Shown: in pieces, positions 15,927 through 26,424 of the stretch | How the letters are laid out: each line of letters starts with the position of its first letter | Position numbering within the stretch: the first letter of the stretch is position 1 | Virus record (IMG/VR): IMGVR_UViG_3300044878_000031 | Location: 48,173-112,172 of that record | Reading direction: 5' to 3' (one strand) | Origin: a virus | Length of the DNA stretch: 64,000 bases | The notes under the pieces: model-generated | The model's database searches: none | Seen by the model: only the letters and a program-made list of their open reading frames with translations | Told to the model about the DNA's origin: nothing | Program-made: the position numbers and the translations under genes

Positions 15927-18497
15927 TTAAACCCATCCGTCTTTGATGGAGACGAAGTGACTGAGGTCAACTTTGCCTTCCAGGTATAGAGCTATCGCCC
16001 GTTTGAGGAAGTTGTACTGGTAGATGTCCAACTCCGTTTCGTACGACAGGTGGTGTGGATGGATACTTACGTACCGGGTGTCCACGTCACGCTTGCACGG
16101 ATCGAAATCGAGCAGGTACTCGTAGTCCTTCAACCACCGCTTGATGTCCGGGTCACCGTAGTAGGCTTTCATCTGGTCGTCCCAGATCAACCCACTCATC
16201 AAGTCAAACATCACCTTGCACGCAAACGGGCTGAACACCTCGTAACGTTCTTCGATCATGTTCGGGTTGGAGATCACTGGCTCCGGCAACTTCAACGTCA
16301 AGTAGTCAGAGATAGCCCTGTCAGTTACTTTAGACTTGGCTCGCAGTGAGTACGTGTTTTCGTCTACTAACCCACGCAGCGGCACTACCACGTCGTCGAT
16401 CTGGTACGGACTGCCGTTCTTCACTTCAGTCGTCAGATACACACCGCTGTGGTCTTCGGCAAACTTGAGCTTGTCCCGAGTCATAGTCCGACCACGCACC
16501 ACCATCCGCATGACTTTGTCGTCACGAATGTCGAAGCGACGGTTACGACTGAGCAACCCATTCTGCACAAAGCCAAACTCAGCAGGTGTTTCCAGAGTCA
16601 TGTCGTCCTGAGGGAAACCTGTAGCACGTCCGAAGATTTGCTGAGGCCCAGACTCGACCAGGAACTCACGGTTGGTCAGGGTTACGTACGGCCAGTTCAA
16701 GAAGTAGTCCAGCCCCTCAATGAGAGGATGTCCATTCAGGAACAATTCCAACTTGCCCATCGGCAGGTTCATTGGTTGCTCGTAGTAGTTCCCATCCGTA
16801 CGCTTCTCAGTCACTTTGATTGGGAAGTAGTACAGGCCATCCGGTGCCGTAATCGACAGGTTAAATGCCAAGAACTTACGGTCATCCCGCACAGCGGTGT
16901 ACCAGCGTACCCGATCCAGCGTCCACACCACTTCATTGTTAGCAATGACGTAGTCGACATTCGGCGTAGCTGTTACCCATTCAAAGGACGGCGTCCCAGC
17001 GACCATCGAGCACTTGTAGAACCGATAGTTGTACGTCGGGTTCAAAGTGCTACGAAGTTGATGGTAGATCGTATCCAACACGTTCGAACCAATCCCCACC
17101 AACGCTTCAATCAGCCGACACGCTTCATTACGAGGCGAGTAGAACTTACCTGACGTGTGAGGGTAGTAGCCCATCAAGACACCGTTAGCGTCATGCTCAT
17201 AGCACGTGGCATCTGTCTGTAACCCAATCGGCATTTCTGCAAAGCGGTCACGAGGCAGTACGGTGACTTTCTGTGGAGTGTCAGCTACCAGTTTACTGAT
17301 GGCGTTGTAGCCATAAGCATCCTGAACCATCTTCCGAGTAATGTCAGGACCTCGAGCCCCCATCACCTTCGGATACATCGCAGCCTCAAGGTTGTCGGCA
17401 CGCCACACAGCAACAGTGGACTCCAGACCCAACATCGCTTTCGGGATGTCTTTGACCTTGAGTTTGTACAGCTCTTTGATCCGAGAGTTCTCGTCAACCA
17501 GCGGACGTTTCCAACCAGCTTCCCGAATGCACAAACGCACTGTGATCTCAGCTAAGTCATGCCACCCATCGGTAGCAGCAACAAAGCCCGCCACATAAGG
17601 CACCACGATAGCGTAGTCCTTGTGCGTAACCATCCGCAGTGAATCCGGTTGGTTCTTGTGGTGATAGACCCCACGGTAACGACCGTTGGTTTCTTTCTTG
17701 ATCAGGTAGATGTCGATGTCGTCTCGGTAGTCAATCGTCACCTTTTGATCGTCAACGTAGTGGAGCAAGTATTTACGCTTGTTGTCCACCAGACTAACGA
17801 AGGTGTCGAGATCCTTGAGCGGTAAGTCCACTACACGACGGATCGTGGAGTCGTAGACGTACTCAACAATGTCACCCGGTATTACACGGTCAGGTTGGAA
17901 GTCATCCACCAAGTAACCGTTGATGTAAGCGTAGGTGTGGCCAAGCTTGGCCTTCCACACCAGATACTCACGTTGGAATGTCAACAGCTTCGCACGATCG
18001 TCGTCGTAGGTATAGCCGCTGATCTTGACCATGTTCACGTCTTTGTACGAACGCTCAGACGCAAAGAAGGCGTTGGAGTACACCCGGAAGTACAACGGGT
18101 TGTGGTACAGGCTACCAAAGATCTCGTTACGCTTAATGGCGATAACAATGTTGCGATCCCCCATTACCTGTAGGTACGCCATGTGGCGAGGGATTTGCAC
18201 ACCGTCAACGTTGTACAGATCCACAATCATCTTCGCCTGTTCACAGACAGTCGAGAATGGTGTCCACGTCTTCCACGAGTTGATCAACCCGAGAAGCTTA
18301 GGATGAATCTGTCCAATCCAATAAACGTTGAAGTCATCTTTGCGGTTTGGCAGATGGATTGTCTGCCATTCCACATCGACGGTACGAGAGACTCCGAACT
18401 TCCCAGTAATGTGGGCCATTCGGTAGATGTACTGGTAGTCCTGGTCAGGCGTACACCAGACGTTGTCTAGTGCGTGCTCAATCAGGTAATCAGACAT
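15927..18497 (-). CDS. virion structural protein (phiKZ gp27-like, probable baseplate)
   Basis: 856 aa, N-terminal NVWC.P.QD motif, synteny. Confidence 0.75.
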   Translation of the reverse strand: MSDYLIEHALDNVWCTPDQDYQYIYRMAHITGKFGVSRTVDVEWQTIHLPNRKDDFNVYWIGQIHPKLLGLINSWKTWTPFSTVCEQAKMIVDLYNVDGVQIPRHMAYLQVMGDRNIVIAIKRNEIFGSLYHNPLYFRVYSNAFFASERSYKDVNMVKISGYTYDDDRAKLLTFQREYLVWKAKLGHTYAYINGYLVDDFQPDRVIPGDIVEYVYDSTIRRVVDLPLKDLDTFVSLVDNKRKYLLHYVDDQKVTIDYRDDIDIYLIKKETNGRYRGVYHHKNQPDSLRMVTHKDYAIVVPYVAGFVAATDGWHDLAEITVRLCIREAGWKRPLVDENSRIKELYKLKVKDIPKAMLGLESTVAVWRADNLEAAMYPKVMGARGPDITRKMVQDAYGYNAISKLVADTPQKVTVLPRDRFAEMPIGLQTDATCYEHDANGVLMGYYPHTSGKFYSPRNEACRLIEALVGIGSNVLDTIYHQLRSTLNPTYNYRFYKCSMVAGTPSFEWVTATPNVDYVIANNEVVWTLDRVRWYTAVRDDRKFLAFNLSITAPDGLYYFPIKVTEKRTDGNYYEQPMNLPMGKLELFLNGHPLIEGLDYFLNWPYVTLTNREFLVESGPQQIFGRATGFPQDDMTLETPAEFGFVQNGLLSRNRRFDIRDDKVMRMVVRGRTMTRDKLKFAEDHSGVYLTTEVKNGSPYQIDDVVVPLRGLVDENTYSLRAKSKVTDRAISDYLTLKLPEPVISNPNMIEERYEVFSPFACKVMFDLMSGLIWDDQMKAYYGDPDIKRWLKDYEYLLDFDPCKRDVDTRYVSIHPHHLSYETELDIYQYNFLKRAIALYLEGKVDLSHFVSIKDGWV

Positions 18498-19407
18498 GTA
18501 AGGCCTCGATCAGACGTGAGAGGTTCAGGATGAAGGACTTGCCTGCACCACTGCGGTCCGCTTGCAGTACAACCTTAGCCACACCAGAGTTACGGTAGCT
18601 ACGATCGAGCAGGGACATATACACCATCGCCAAGAAGGTCGGCAGGTGTTCCAGTGCTACAGCCATGGTCTCTTTGTTGTTGAGACCGAACCAACCACCG
18701 CCCACCAGTGCGTACACCAGACGGACGTCCATATCGTTGGCACGTTTGCTGTTGAGGACTTCCTTCAGAACTTGCAGGTAGTCGTCAATGCTTTCCATGT
18801 GACGCAGAGCGCCAGCATGTTGGAAGATCACATCGGCTGGGATCTTGGTCGCACGAGCCACTTTCAGAGAGATGCGTTGCAGCTCACGCTCTTCGAACGG
18901 GCCTTCAGTCGGCTCTTGGAAATGGCAGATGTACCAGACCGCACTGACCATGGTGATCAGCATTTGTTCTTGTGGACTGAACATCAACTGACGTGTGATC
19001 TTCTCACCCAGGAAGCGAGAGAATACAGTCAGAGGTAAGTCGCCCAGGCCAGCCATATCAGCCAGACCGTTTTGTTTGGCGTACAGCGTCAGAGCACCAC
19101 GAACCACGTTGAAGGTGTATTCAGCGTAGTTGGACGGAGTCAGTGGCTCGCCTTTTGGACCACGGGCATAACCGCGACTATCGAGAACCACCAGCTCACT
19201 ACCCGACCGATCTTTGAAGAACAGTGGATGTGCGAACGGCGGTACTTCTTTGTTCTCAGGACGGATACCATACAGCCCTGGAACCATCTTCCCGTTCATC
19301 GCCATCGGCGCCAGATCGCCTTCAATATCAGCCAGGGACAGAGCCTTGGTAATCCCGCCCATCTGGTATCCAGCGCAGGTTTTAGTTTCGTACGGAGAAA
19401 TCTTCAT
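18490..19407 (-). CDS. virion structural protein (phiKZ gp28-like)
   Basis: 305 aa, divergent from sheath, synteny. Confidence 0.7.
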   Translation of the reverse strand: MKISPYETKTCAGYQMGGITKALSLADIEGDLAPMAMNGKMVPGLYGIRPENKEVPPFAHPLFFKDRSGSELVVLDSRGYARGPKGEPLTPSNYAEYTFNVVRGALTLYAKQNGLADMAGLGDLPLTVFSRFLGEKITRQLMFSPQEQMLITMVSAVWYICHFQEPTEGPFEERELQRISLKVARATKIPADVIFQHAGALRHMESIDDYLQVLKEVLNSKRANDMDVRLVYALVGGGWFGLNNKETMAVALEHLPTFLAMVYMSLLDRSYRNSGVAKVVLQADRSGAGKSFILNLSRLIEALHV

Positions 19408-19615
19408 TCGCTCAGGTCCCCTCGAAGGTTGTTGTAAAAGTTTACAAAACCGACATATGTACTTTCCAACATGGATAGTATGATGTATTACATCGGTTTA
19501 CGGCAACTATACCATTCAAGTCAATTCTCCCATGAAAGGACCATGGCCTTAAGTGACGAGAGACTGGTTTGGGTACCCAAGCGGTAATTTAGATAGATCT
19601 ATCACAGGAGCTGTT

Positions 19616-21676
19616 ATGATCAATATCAGAAACGGTGCTCCTCGTTCAATCCTGTTGGGCATCAAAGACGAGAGTGGTCGCGCTCCGGTAATCTCACCGG
19701 AACTGATCCCGTCTCACTTGCCGCACGTGTTCGTCTTTGCCGAACGCGGGCCGCTTCTGCCGCAACTGGTTGTCGGGGACAGCCTTCTCACCACGTACGG
19801 GGCTAAGTCTTTCGACTACCGTTCCAAGTTTGCAAACCACCAGACCGTGCTGGTCAACACCGTAAATGGTGAAGCCAACAGCATGATGGTTCAACGGTTG
19901 GTTCCAGACGACGCCAAGACTGCCACCCTGGTATTCTGGCTGGACACGGTTGCTGACGATGTCACCGATTACGAACGTAACACGGACCTCTCGTTCAAGC
20001 TCTCCGAGCTGAGCGTGAAGATTCCGAAGCAGACTAAGATCTCGGGCCACCGTGCTCGTTGGGTCGCAGAGCTGCTGCCGGAAGACACCGAGTTGGGCGC
20101 TCTCGATCCGAAGGTAGGTTCTATCACTGCCGAGAAAGACAGCACTCAGTCGCAGATGTATCCGATCCATGCGTTCAAGGTTTCTTCTCCAGGCGGCTTC
20201 GGCAACCTGGTAGGTATCCGCCTTTCTGCTCCGACTACCGAGTCGAGCACTCCGATCGACGATGTCACCGCAGAAGAAGCGAAAGCTCAACTGTACCGCA
20301 TCGCGTTCGTGGAACGTCCAGACGAGTTCAGCACCCCACTGGTCAAAGAGACCATCATGGGCGAGCAGTTCGTTGACTTCGCTTATAAGGAAGGTGTGAT
20401 CAACACCCGTACTGACAGCGTTGTTTCTGCCAACGACGTTCTGTTGCAGGCCTGGAATGCTCCGGCCATCAATGGTATCCCACCGACCATCGGTGTGATC
20501 GACCAAATGCACGTCTACCAGGAAAACATTGAGTTGCTCCTGGCCAAGTTCCAAGAGACCGAGTCCGAATACGACCTGATCTCTGCTGACGCGGAAGACC
20601 TGCACCTGTTCAACTTCATCGGTGCGACCACCCTGAACAACGTTCCGTACTACTCGTACGTTGTTGAAGGTCCGCAATCCGGTGGCGTACTGATGTCGGA
20701 AACGGCCACTCATTACGCTAAAGGCGGTGCAGACGGTACCCTGAGCTTCGAGAACTTCGACAAGCTCGTGGCTGCTGCTGTATCCAACTACGGCGACGTT
20801 GCTGGTTTCGATTTCCTCGATACCGCAATCTACCCGCAGTCCTGCATCTACGACACCGGCTTCACCTTGGATACCAAGAAGAAGCTGTTGACCGTTCTGG
20901 GCAAGCGTAAAGACATGTACGTTGTACTGTCGACCCAAGACGTATCGGCGAAGCAGAACACCCCATCGGAAGAGTCCAGCATCGCGATCTCCTTGCGTAC
21001 TGCTGCTCGCATGTATCCTGAATCCGAAGTCTTCGGTACGCCGGTTTGCCGTGCTATCGTTATCGGTCACTCGGGCTACCTGATCAACTCCAAGTGGACC
21101 AAACTGACCCCGCTGACCATCGAGTTCGCGGCTAAGTCTGCCCGCTACATGGGTGCAGGTAACGGCATCTGGAAGTCGGCTCAGTCCTTCTCCATCTCGC
21201 CGTCCAACCAGGTTACCATGTTCCGCAACGTAAACGCTTCCTTCAAGAAGGTTGAAGTGCGTTCGCAGGACTGGGACAACGGCCTGGTATGGGTACAGAA
21301 CTACGACCGTCGTAGCCTGTTCTTCCCAGCGTTCCAAACCGTTTACGATGACGATTCCTCGATCCTGAACAGCTTCTTCAACATGGCTATCGCCGTGGAG
21401 CTGGAAAAGATCGCAGACCGCGCCTGGCGTGATCTGACCGGCATCGACGGTCTGACGCCTGGTCAGTTCCGTGCACGTAGTGACCGTCTGATCACTGCTG
21501 CCGCTGCTGGCCGCTTTGATGGCCGCGTTCAGATTCAGGTTGAAACTGTTCTGACCGCTGCTGACACTCAACGTGGCTATAGCTGGAGCTGCAACATCAC
21601 CATGTATGGTAACAACATGATGACTGTCGGCACCTTCACTATCATCGCCCGCCGTCAAGAGGATCTGCAACAATGA
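19616..21676 (+). CDS. contractile tail sheath protein
   Basis: HLPHVFVFAERGP, YDTGF.L.TK motifs; high-expression codons; start moved to MINI (AGGAG RBS). Confidence 0.9.
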   Translation: MINIRNGAPRSILLGIKDESGRAPVISPELIPSHLPHVFVFAERGPLLPQLVVGDSLLTTYGAKSFDYRSKFANHQTVLVNTVNGEANSMMVQRLVPDDAKTATLVFWLDTVADDVTDYERNTDLSFKLSELSVKIPKQTKISGHRARWVAELLPEDTELGALDPKVGSITAEKDSTQSQMYPIHAFKVSSPGGFGNLVGIRLSAPTTESSTPIDDVTAEEAKAQLYRIAFVERPDEFSTPLVKETIMGEQFVDFAYKEGVINTRTDSVVSANDVLLQAWNAPAINGIPPTIGVIDQMHVYQENIELLLAKFQETESEYDLISADAEDLHLFNFIGATTLNNVPYYSYVVEGPQSGGVLMSETATHYAKGGADGTLSFENFDKLVAAAVSNYGDVAGFDFLDTAIYPQSCIYDTGFTLDTKKKLLTVLGKRKDMYVVLSTQDVSAKQNTPSEESSIAISLRTAARMYPESEVFGTPVCRAIVIGHSGYLINSKWTKLTPLTIEFAAKSARYMGAGNGIWKSAQSFSISPSNQVTMFRNVNASFKKVEVRSQDWDNGLVWVQNYDRRSLFFPAFQTVYDDDSSILNSFFNMAIAVELEKIADRAWRDLTGIDGLTPGQFRARSDRLITAAAAGRFDGRVQIQVETVLTAADTQRGYSWSCNITMYGNNMMTVGTFTIIARRQEDLQQ

Positions 21677-22530
21677 GTCGCTTAGCCGATACGGTCCTTG
21701 ACAACAAAGCGTACAACCAGTACGGTCGTTCCGCCATGGTCGACATCCGCAAGGGTGGTCAAAATGGCGTGGCTCCAGACTACGCAGCCTACGTAAGTAG
21801 CGCTGCTTACGTCCGCCGTAACGTTATCGCTATCCTCATCGAAGCCCCACGTGGGTTCCAAGATCTGGAGAACCCTGATTACTGGGTCTCCACTCTGAAG
21901 AACCTGGTGGAGCTGGCACCTAAGACTATCGAGGGTCTGTCTCAGACTCTGACTGTCGAGCACATCGAAAACCCATTCGGTGGTGCTGGTGAGGTTCAGC
22001 AGGACATCTCCAACGTTACGCGTCAGCGTTCTGCTCCACAGTTCACCTGGAACGAGAAGTACGGTAAAGCCGTTGCTTCCTTCCTGAACGGTTGGGTACT
22101 GAACCTGATCATGGACCCGGAGACCAAGTACCCGCGCGTTGTCAAGAACTCTGACAAGCCAACGGACTTGCTCCCTGACTACACCGGCATGACGGTGTTG
22201 TTCATCGAGCCGGACCCAACCCACACCAAGGTGATCACTGCCTGGCTGTCGACCAACATGCGCCCAACCGGCACTGTTGCGGAGATCTCCGGTAACCGTG
22301 ACATCACTGCGGCCCTGCAAGGCGCCGACTACTCCGTTGAGTTCACTGCACTGACCCAAATCGGTGAAGGCGTGAACAACTTCGCTCAGGAAATCTTGGA
22401 CAACATGACCCTGACCGGAGCCAACCCTAACCTGCAAGAAGCGTTCGTTCGTGAGATCGACGCCGACGTACAGGCTGGTGAGAGTGGTTATGGCAACCAG
22501 ATCGAGAAGATGGCTAACGCCACCGTCTAA
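21673..22530 (+). CDS. tail tube protein
   Basis: 285 aa directly after sheath; EKYG, LFIEPDP motifs. Confidence 0.85.
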   Translation: MSRLADTVLDNKAYNQYGRSAMVDIRKGGQNGVAPDYAAYVSSAAYVRRNVIAILIEAPRGFQDLENPDYWVSTLKNLVELAPKTIEGLSQTLTVEHIENPFGGAGEVQQDISNVTRQRSAPQFTWNEKYGKAVASFLNGWVLNLIMDPETKYPRVVKNSDKPTDLLPDYTGMTVLFIEPDPTHTKVITAWLSTNMRPTGTVAEISGNRDITAALQGADYSVEFTALTQIGEGVNNFAQEILDNMTLTGANPNLQEAFVREIDADVQAGESGYGNQIEKMANATV

Positions 22531-22540
22531 GTCTGATCGT

Positions 22541-22574
22541 AGGACGGGGGCCTTCGGGCTCCCGTTTTATGCCG
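22541..22574 (+). terminator. terminator with cUUCGg loop and TTTTATGCCG tail
   Basis: ACGGGGGCC-TTCG-GGCTCCCGT-TTTATGCCG. Confidence 0.85.
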
Positions 22575-22626
22575 TATCTGATGAGAGTTTTTAAGCTCAC
22601 GGGACTAACCTTCAAGGAATCTAATC

Positions 22627-23883
22627 ATGCTGCAACAATACATGGAGCCCGAAGCTCCTAAGGTGGGGAACTGGTCCCTCGAGTCGATGATCAGCCAAAT
22701 CGAATTCGGTGATGCCCGTCTCGACCGTTTCGAAAAGCTGTGCGCCACCATGGAAGCTGTGGACGACATCATCAATGACATCGAAACTCTGGTAGAGAAT
22801 GGCGACGCCAACCAAACTACCGCCCTGATGATCCGTGAACGTATCCAGGCTGTGGAAGAAGATACCGGTATGCGTGCCGAGATCCCTTCGCTGGAAGACC
22901 ACGGCGACGACATGATCGCTTACCACCAGATCTCCATGGAAGCGGTGTCTGGTTTCTGGAACCGTATCAAGCAAGTGTACGTGTCAGACTTCCAATCGTT
23001 CATCGACGGCTGGGCTACCCTGTTCACGGGCTACCGTCGTTGGGGCCTGAAGCAACAAGGTCGTATCCACGGTCTGCGTCAAGAGTGGGCTGACAAGAAG
23101 CCTAGTCTGAACGAACAGCGTCACAAAGGTTCTCTGGCTGGTCAAGCGGTGTTCATGCCGTTTACTGTGGATGGTCGTCTGTCCAAGCACCCAGTGAAAG
23201 ACATGACCGAGGACAACAAGACTGCACGTTACCTGTCCACGGACTATCCGAAAGCTCTGGCCATGTACGTTGAGAAAGTTCGTAGCATTCTCAACAGCGC
23301 CAAGTTCGATTCGGACGAGTCGTTCAAGAAGTCGTTGATCGACAAGCTGGCTATGCTGGAACACCCATCGACTATCCTGAAGTCCCCAATCATCGGTCAA
23401 GGTAGCGTCCTGCTACACAACACCGGTCTGGAGATCAAGAAAGGTCGTTCGGTGAAACCTGTGGCCAGTGAGCCTGGTTACAAGAAACTGGCTGACCTGT
23501 CCGTACAGACTCACGTCAAAGAGTTCATCTTCTCCTGGTCGATGCTCAACGCCGGTATCCTGGAAGACTTCTACCTGACTACTGATGAAGTCGACAAGTT
23601 GCTGGATCTGTCGGAGAACTACGCCAAGTACCTGGTTAACTGCGCTGAGACCTTCCGTCCGTTGCAGAAAGCCATGAAGGGTATGGCTGACTACGCCAAG
23701 AAGTCCAACGACGTAGATCACCTGAGCGACGTGAACCGCCGTGCCTTCCGTCAAGTCATCAGCTTCTGCCGTGGCCTGACCCGTTACGCCAAGACGCCTT
23801 ACCGCGTTGAGATCGGTCGTATCCAGTCGGTGTGTATTGCTTCGCGCATTATCGCCAGCCGGACTATCGCTACTGCAAAGTGA
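22627..23883 (+). CDS. internal head protein (propeptide-bearing paralog family)
   Basis: Acidic N-terminal region with SLE, SLE, SME protease-type sites followed by F..RIK helix. Confidence 0.75.
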   Translation: MLQQYMEPEAPKVGNWSLESMISQIEFGDARLDRFEKLCATMEAVDDIINDIETLVENGDANQTTALMIRERIQAVEEDTGMRAEIPSLEDHGDDMIAYHQISMEAVSGFWNRIKQVYVSDFQSFIDGWATLFTGYRRWGLKQQGRIHGLRQEWADKKPSLNEQRHKGSLAGQAVFMPFTVDGRLSKHPVKDMTEDNKTARYLSTDYPKALAMYVEKVRSILNSAKFDSDESFKKSLIDKLAMLEHPSTILKSPIIGQGSVLLHNTGLEIKKGRSVKPVASEPGYKKLADLSVQTHVKEFIFSWSMLNAGILEDFYLTTDEVDKLLDLSENYAKYLVNCAETFRPLQKAMKGMADYAKKSNDVDHLSDVNRRAFRQVISFCRGLTRYAKTPYRVEIGRIQSVCIASRIIASRTIATAK

Positions 23884-23934
23884 CGGCATAAAAGCAAAAA
23901 AAAGAGGGGGCCCGAAAGCCCTCTCTTTATGCCG
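23884..23934. terminator. bidirectional hairpin/TATGCCG element
   Basis: CGGCATAAAA...AAAGAGGGGGC/GCCCTCTCTTT-ATGCCG. Confidence 0.75.
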
Positions 23935-24310
23935 CTTGTTTCTGACGGTACTGCAACACCAAGTCGTGGATCGTGTTGAACAGGTCTAACTCGTTGAGGT
24001 AGTACTTGTCCAAGGAAAACGGATTGATGTAGTTGTTCTTGAAAGCGTAGTCGTAGAACTGTTGATAGCACTGTACCTTGTCAGGCCAACGATCACTGAA
24101 TGCGAGACACCACTGGAAGTAGAACACTACCAATGGGTTACTGCCACACACTTGATGCACACGCATGGGTCTCAACTCTTTAGCGAACTCTTTCGTTAAA
24201 GCTTCGTACTCATTGCGTTCGGTAATGGACTTCCCCCGAAGTTCCACTGCCTCGTAACTCAAGCCAATCATTACAGCCAACAACAATGTCCTATAACGTT
24301 CTACGTCCAT
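23927..24310 (-). CDS. hypothetical protein
   Basis: AGGA RBS, 127 aa. Confidence 0.7.
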   Translation of the reverse strand: MDVERYRTLLLAVMIGLSYEAVELRGKSITERNEYEALTKEFAKELRPMRVHQVCGSNPLVVFYFQWCLAFSDRWPDKVQCYQQFYDYAFKNNYINPFSLDKYYLNELDLFNTIHDLVLQYRQKQAA

Positions 24311-24334
24311 CTGTCCTGCCCCTAATGGTCCTAG

Positions 24335-24694
24335 TTATAACTCGCCCTTGTAGACGACCTCAGTGCCCCGCCACGCCCCGTAAGCAACTATCCGAGGCCA
24401 GAGTAGGTGTCGATGACAAAACACGCCAGCACGGCACATACAGGCCACAGCGACGCGATCCAATGTAATCACCCGCTCCCACTCTTCAGTGTGCTCGGAG
24501 ATCTTGTCATCCAATATCTGGAGGTAACGTTCTGTGTACTGTTCTTGTGTGAGACCTGAGTACTTGTACCCGTGGACGATGTCCTTGTTGGGTGAGAACG
24601 CTTGATTACCGTTACGCCATGTTGTATCGATCAGCTCAATACCAGCATCTCGGGCACGTCTCCACTGTCCCATTTGAATGGTGTAGATTTCCAT
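24335..24694 (-). CDS. DUF488-like protein
   Basis: IYT N-terminus, F.P...Y...Y.ERY, C.C....CHR motif. Confidence 0.7.
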   Translation of the reverse strand: MEIYTIQMGQWRRARDAGIELIDTTWRNGNQAFSPNKDIVHGYKYSGLTQEQYTERYLQILDDKISEHTEEWERVITLDRVAVACMCRAGVFCHRHLLWPRIVAYGAWRGTEVVYKGEL

Positions 24695-24762
24695 ACCTGA
24701 TCCCAAAAAAAAAGTGTCAGCATAAAAGCGGTAGGGTGTTACCCCTACCGCTCAGTTACTAC

Positions 24763-25245
24763 TTAGCCTTTGGCCAGTGCTTCACGGGCGCGCTCGTTGA
24801 TGCTGTCACGCACCTTCTTCAGCGAGCCTTTGTTGGCATGGGCGTTCACGCCGAACTTCATGCTGATGATGCCGTACTTGGTAACGACCGCGTTCGGATC
24901 ACGGGTTTCGCCTTCTTTCGGGATGCCGCCAGCAGGATAGTCCTTGCTGCGCTGGATGGTACCGGCCAGCGAGTCGGTGCCGCAACCGAACTCAACGCTC
25001 AGTTGTTCCAGCTTCTCGTCAGCCTTGAAGGCGTCGATGCCGACTTCGCCCAGAGCCAGGGCAGTAGCAGCAACCAGATCACCGACGTGGTTCTGGTAGG
25101 TTTTGACGGTTTCAGGGGTCAGCGTTTCCGGCAGGGTACGCTCGAAGAGACCGTCCTTGACTTCCACGATACCAGCTTCACCCAGGGTCAGATCAGCTTT
25201 GACGAGGGCAGCCAGATCCAGAACGTTCTTTTTGATGTCGGACAT
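24763..25245 (-). CDS. conserved highly expressed 160-aa protein (internal start of the longer ORF)
   Basis: AAGGAAATCGTGCAAATG RBS; abrupt switch to strongly biased codons at MSDIKK. Confidence 0.75.
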   Translation of the reverse strand: MSDIKKNVLDLAALVKADLTLGEAGIVEVKDGLFERTLPETLTPETVKTYQNHVGDLVAATALALGEVGIDAFKADEKLEQLSVEFGCGTDSLAGTIQRSKDYPAGGIPKEGETRDPNAVVTKYGIISMKFGVNAHANKGSLKKVRDSINERAREALAKG

Positions 25246-25671
25246 TTGCACGATTTCCTTGGTAATGAGTGTTGCAAGTTTATGGTGGGTATCTACATAC
25301 CCTTGTTGAGCACAGTAATCTTTTACTGGCCGATTGATGTTTCTCTCGAAACTTTCGCGGGCGGCTTCAGCAGCCCTTACCGCGATTTCTTTGATCTCTT
25401 CCTCAGTCAACTCCCGAGGTTTCGGGAAGAAGTCCGGGTAAAGCTTTTCACTTACGCGACCACCAGGATAGACAGCTCGGATTGTTTCGGCGATGCCTTC
25501 AACGATCTCTGCTTGTGTGTCCCAGTCGATGCACCCAAACCAACCGTCAAAACCTCCTCGGCCATTAAGTTCGGTGAGTACATCTTTTGCAGCCATGTTG
25601 GCAGGGTCACTTAAGTCGAGGGATTCAATCGGATCAAGATCTTCTTCCTCGTTGTAAGCTGGACTAGACAT
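24763..25671 (-). CDS. long in-frame isoform from the early promoter
   Basis: GGAG RBS before MSSPAY, TATATTAC at 25718-25725, no stop before MSDIKK. Confidence 0.6.
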   Translation of the reverse strand: MSSPAYNEEEDLDPIESLDLSDPANMAAKDVLTELNGRGGFDGWFGCIDWDTQAEIVEGIAETIRAVYPGGRVSEKLYPDFFPKPRELTEEEIKEIAVRAAEAARESFERNINRPVKDYCAQQGYVDTHHKLATLITKEIVQMSDIKKNVLDLAALVKADLTLGEAGIVEVKDGLFERTLPETLTPETVKTYQNHVGDLVAATALALGEVGIDAFKADEKLEQLSVEFGCGTDSLAGTIQRSKDYPAGGIPKEGETRDPNAVVTKYGIISMKFGVNAHANKGSLKKVRDSINERAREALAKG

Positions 25672-25717
25672 GATGACTCCATAGTCAACAAACGATTCTA
25701 GCTTGTATTGCACTAGA

Positions 25718-25740
25718 GTAATATATACCTCAGATTACTT
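25718..25740 (-). promoter_or_regulatory. early promoter
   Basis: AAGTAATCTGAGGTATATATTAC. Confidence 0.75.
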
Positions 25741-25748
25741 CGGATCGA

Positions 25749-25853
25749 CTATCGCCAACGTCCACCGGGACGGGTAGTAACCTTTGGCCAGTAGTCAAAG
25801 CCTTCTGGTTTCTCAACAGGAGGCTCTGGGGGTTTCTCTGGAGGCTTACTCAT
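25749..25853 (-). CDS. 34-aa proline-rich peptide (below ORF-track cutoff)
   Basis: MSKPPEKPPEPPVEKPEGFDYWPKVTTRPGGRWR; AAGGA RBS; fills the operon gap exactly. Confidence 0.5.
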   Translation of the reverse strand: MSKPPEKPPEPPVEKPEGFDYWPKVTTRPGGRWR

Positions 25854-25856
25854 GGG

Positions 25857-26216
25857 TCACGTGTCCTTAATGCCATTGAAGCGTGCACGTGGAACTGAGT
25901 GCAAAGGAGGTGGACGCTTCCTGACTGTAACAGTCTCAGGGATCTCCTCAGTACTCACCACATTGTTCTCCGCATCACAACGAATCAGTGTACGGGTCTT
26001 GGGGAAGATGTAAGCGCAAGGCCCACCCTTACCATCATCCAAACGAATACGGATCACCTCGTACGGTGTAGGGCCGATCCACAAGCCTGTGCCGTCGGTA
26101 CTGCCGGTGAAGTTCGGTGGATAAGCAAACCCACGTTCACGCATCACCAAACCGTAGTTGACCAACTCGTCCTTTACACGAAGCATCTCCAGTGAGACTT
26201 CTTCTGTATTATCCAT
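25857..26216 (-). CDS. hypothetical protein
   Basis: Overlaps upstream stop; GAGGAG RBS. Confidence 0.7.
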   Translation of the reverse strand: MDNTEEVSLEMLRVKDELVNYGLVMRERGFAYPPNFTGSTDGTGLWIGPTPYEVIRIRLDDGKGGPCAYIFPKTRTLIRCDAENNVVSTEEIPETVTVRKRPPPLHSVPRARFNGIKDT

Positions 26217-26424
26217 TCGCTGAACTCCTCATCAGTAACCAACCCAAGCCACGACGTACAGGTCGGAACCAGAGCACTAAGAACAAGAAGACGATTTGCA
26301 GGATTGTGATCACCAGACTGAGCTTGGCGAAACACAACACCAAGATGTCAACGGCGACGAAGCCTGCTAAGATGACAAACAAGAATTTTGAAATAGCTGT
26401 CTTGGTTTTGTTTTGGGTAGCCAC
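26209..26424 (-). CDS. small membrane protein (2 TM)
   Basis: Two hydrophobic helices; AAGGA RBS. Confidence 0.6.
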   Translation of the reverse strand: MATQNKTKTAISKFLFVILAGFVAVDILVLCFAKLSLVITILQIVFLFLVLWFRPVRRGLGWLLMRSSANG

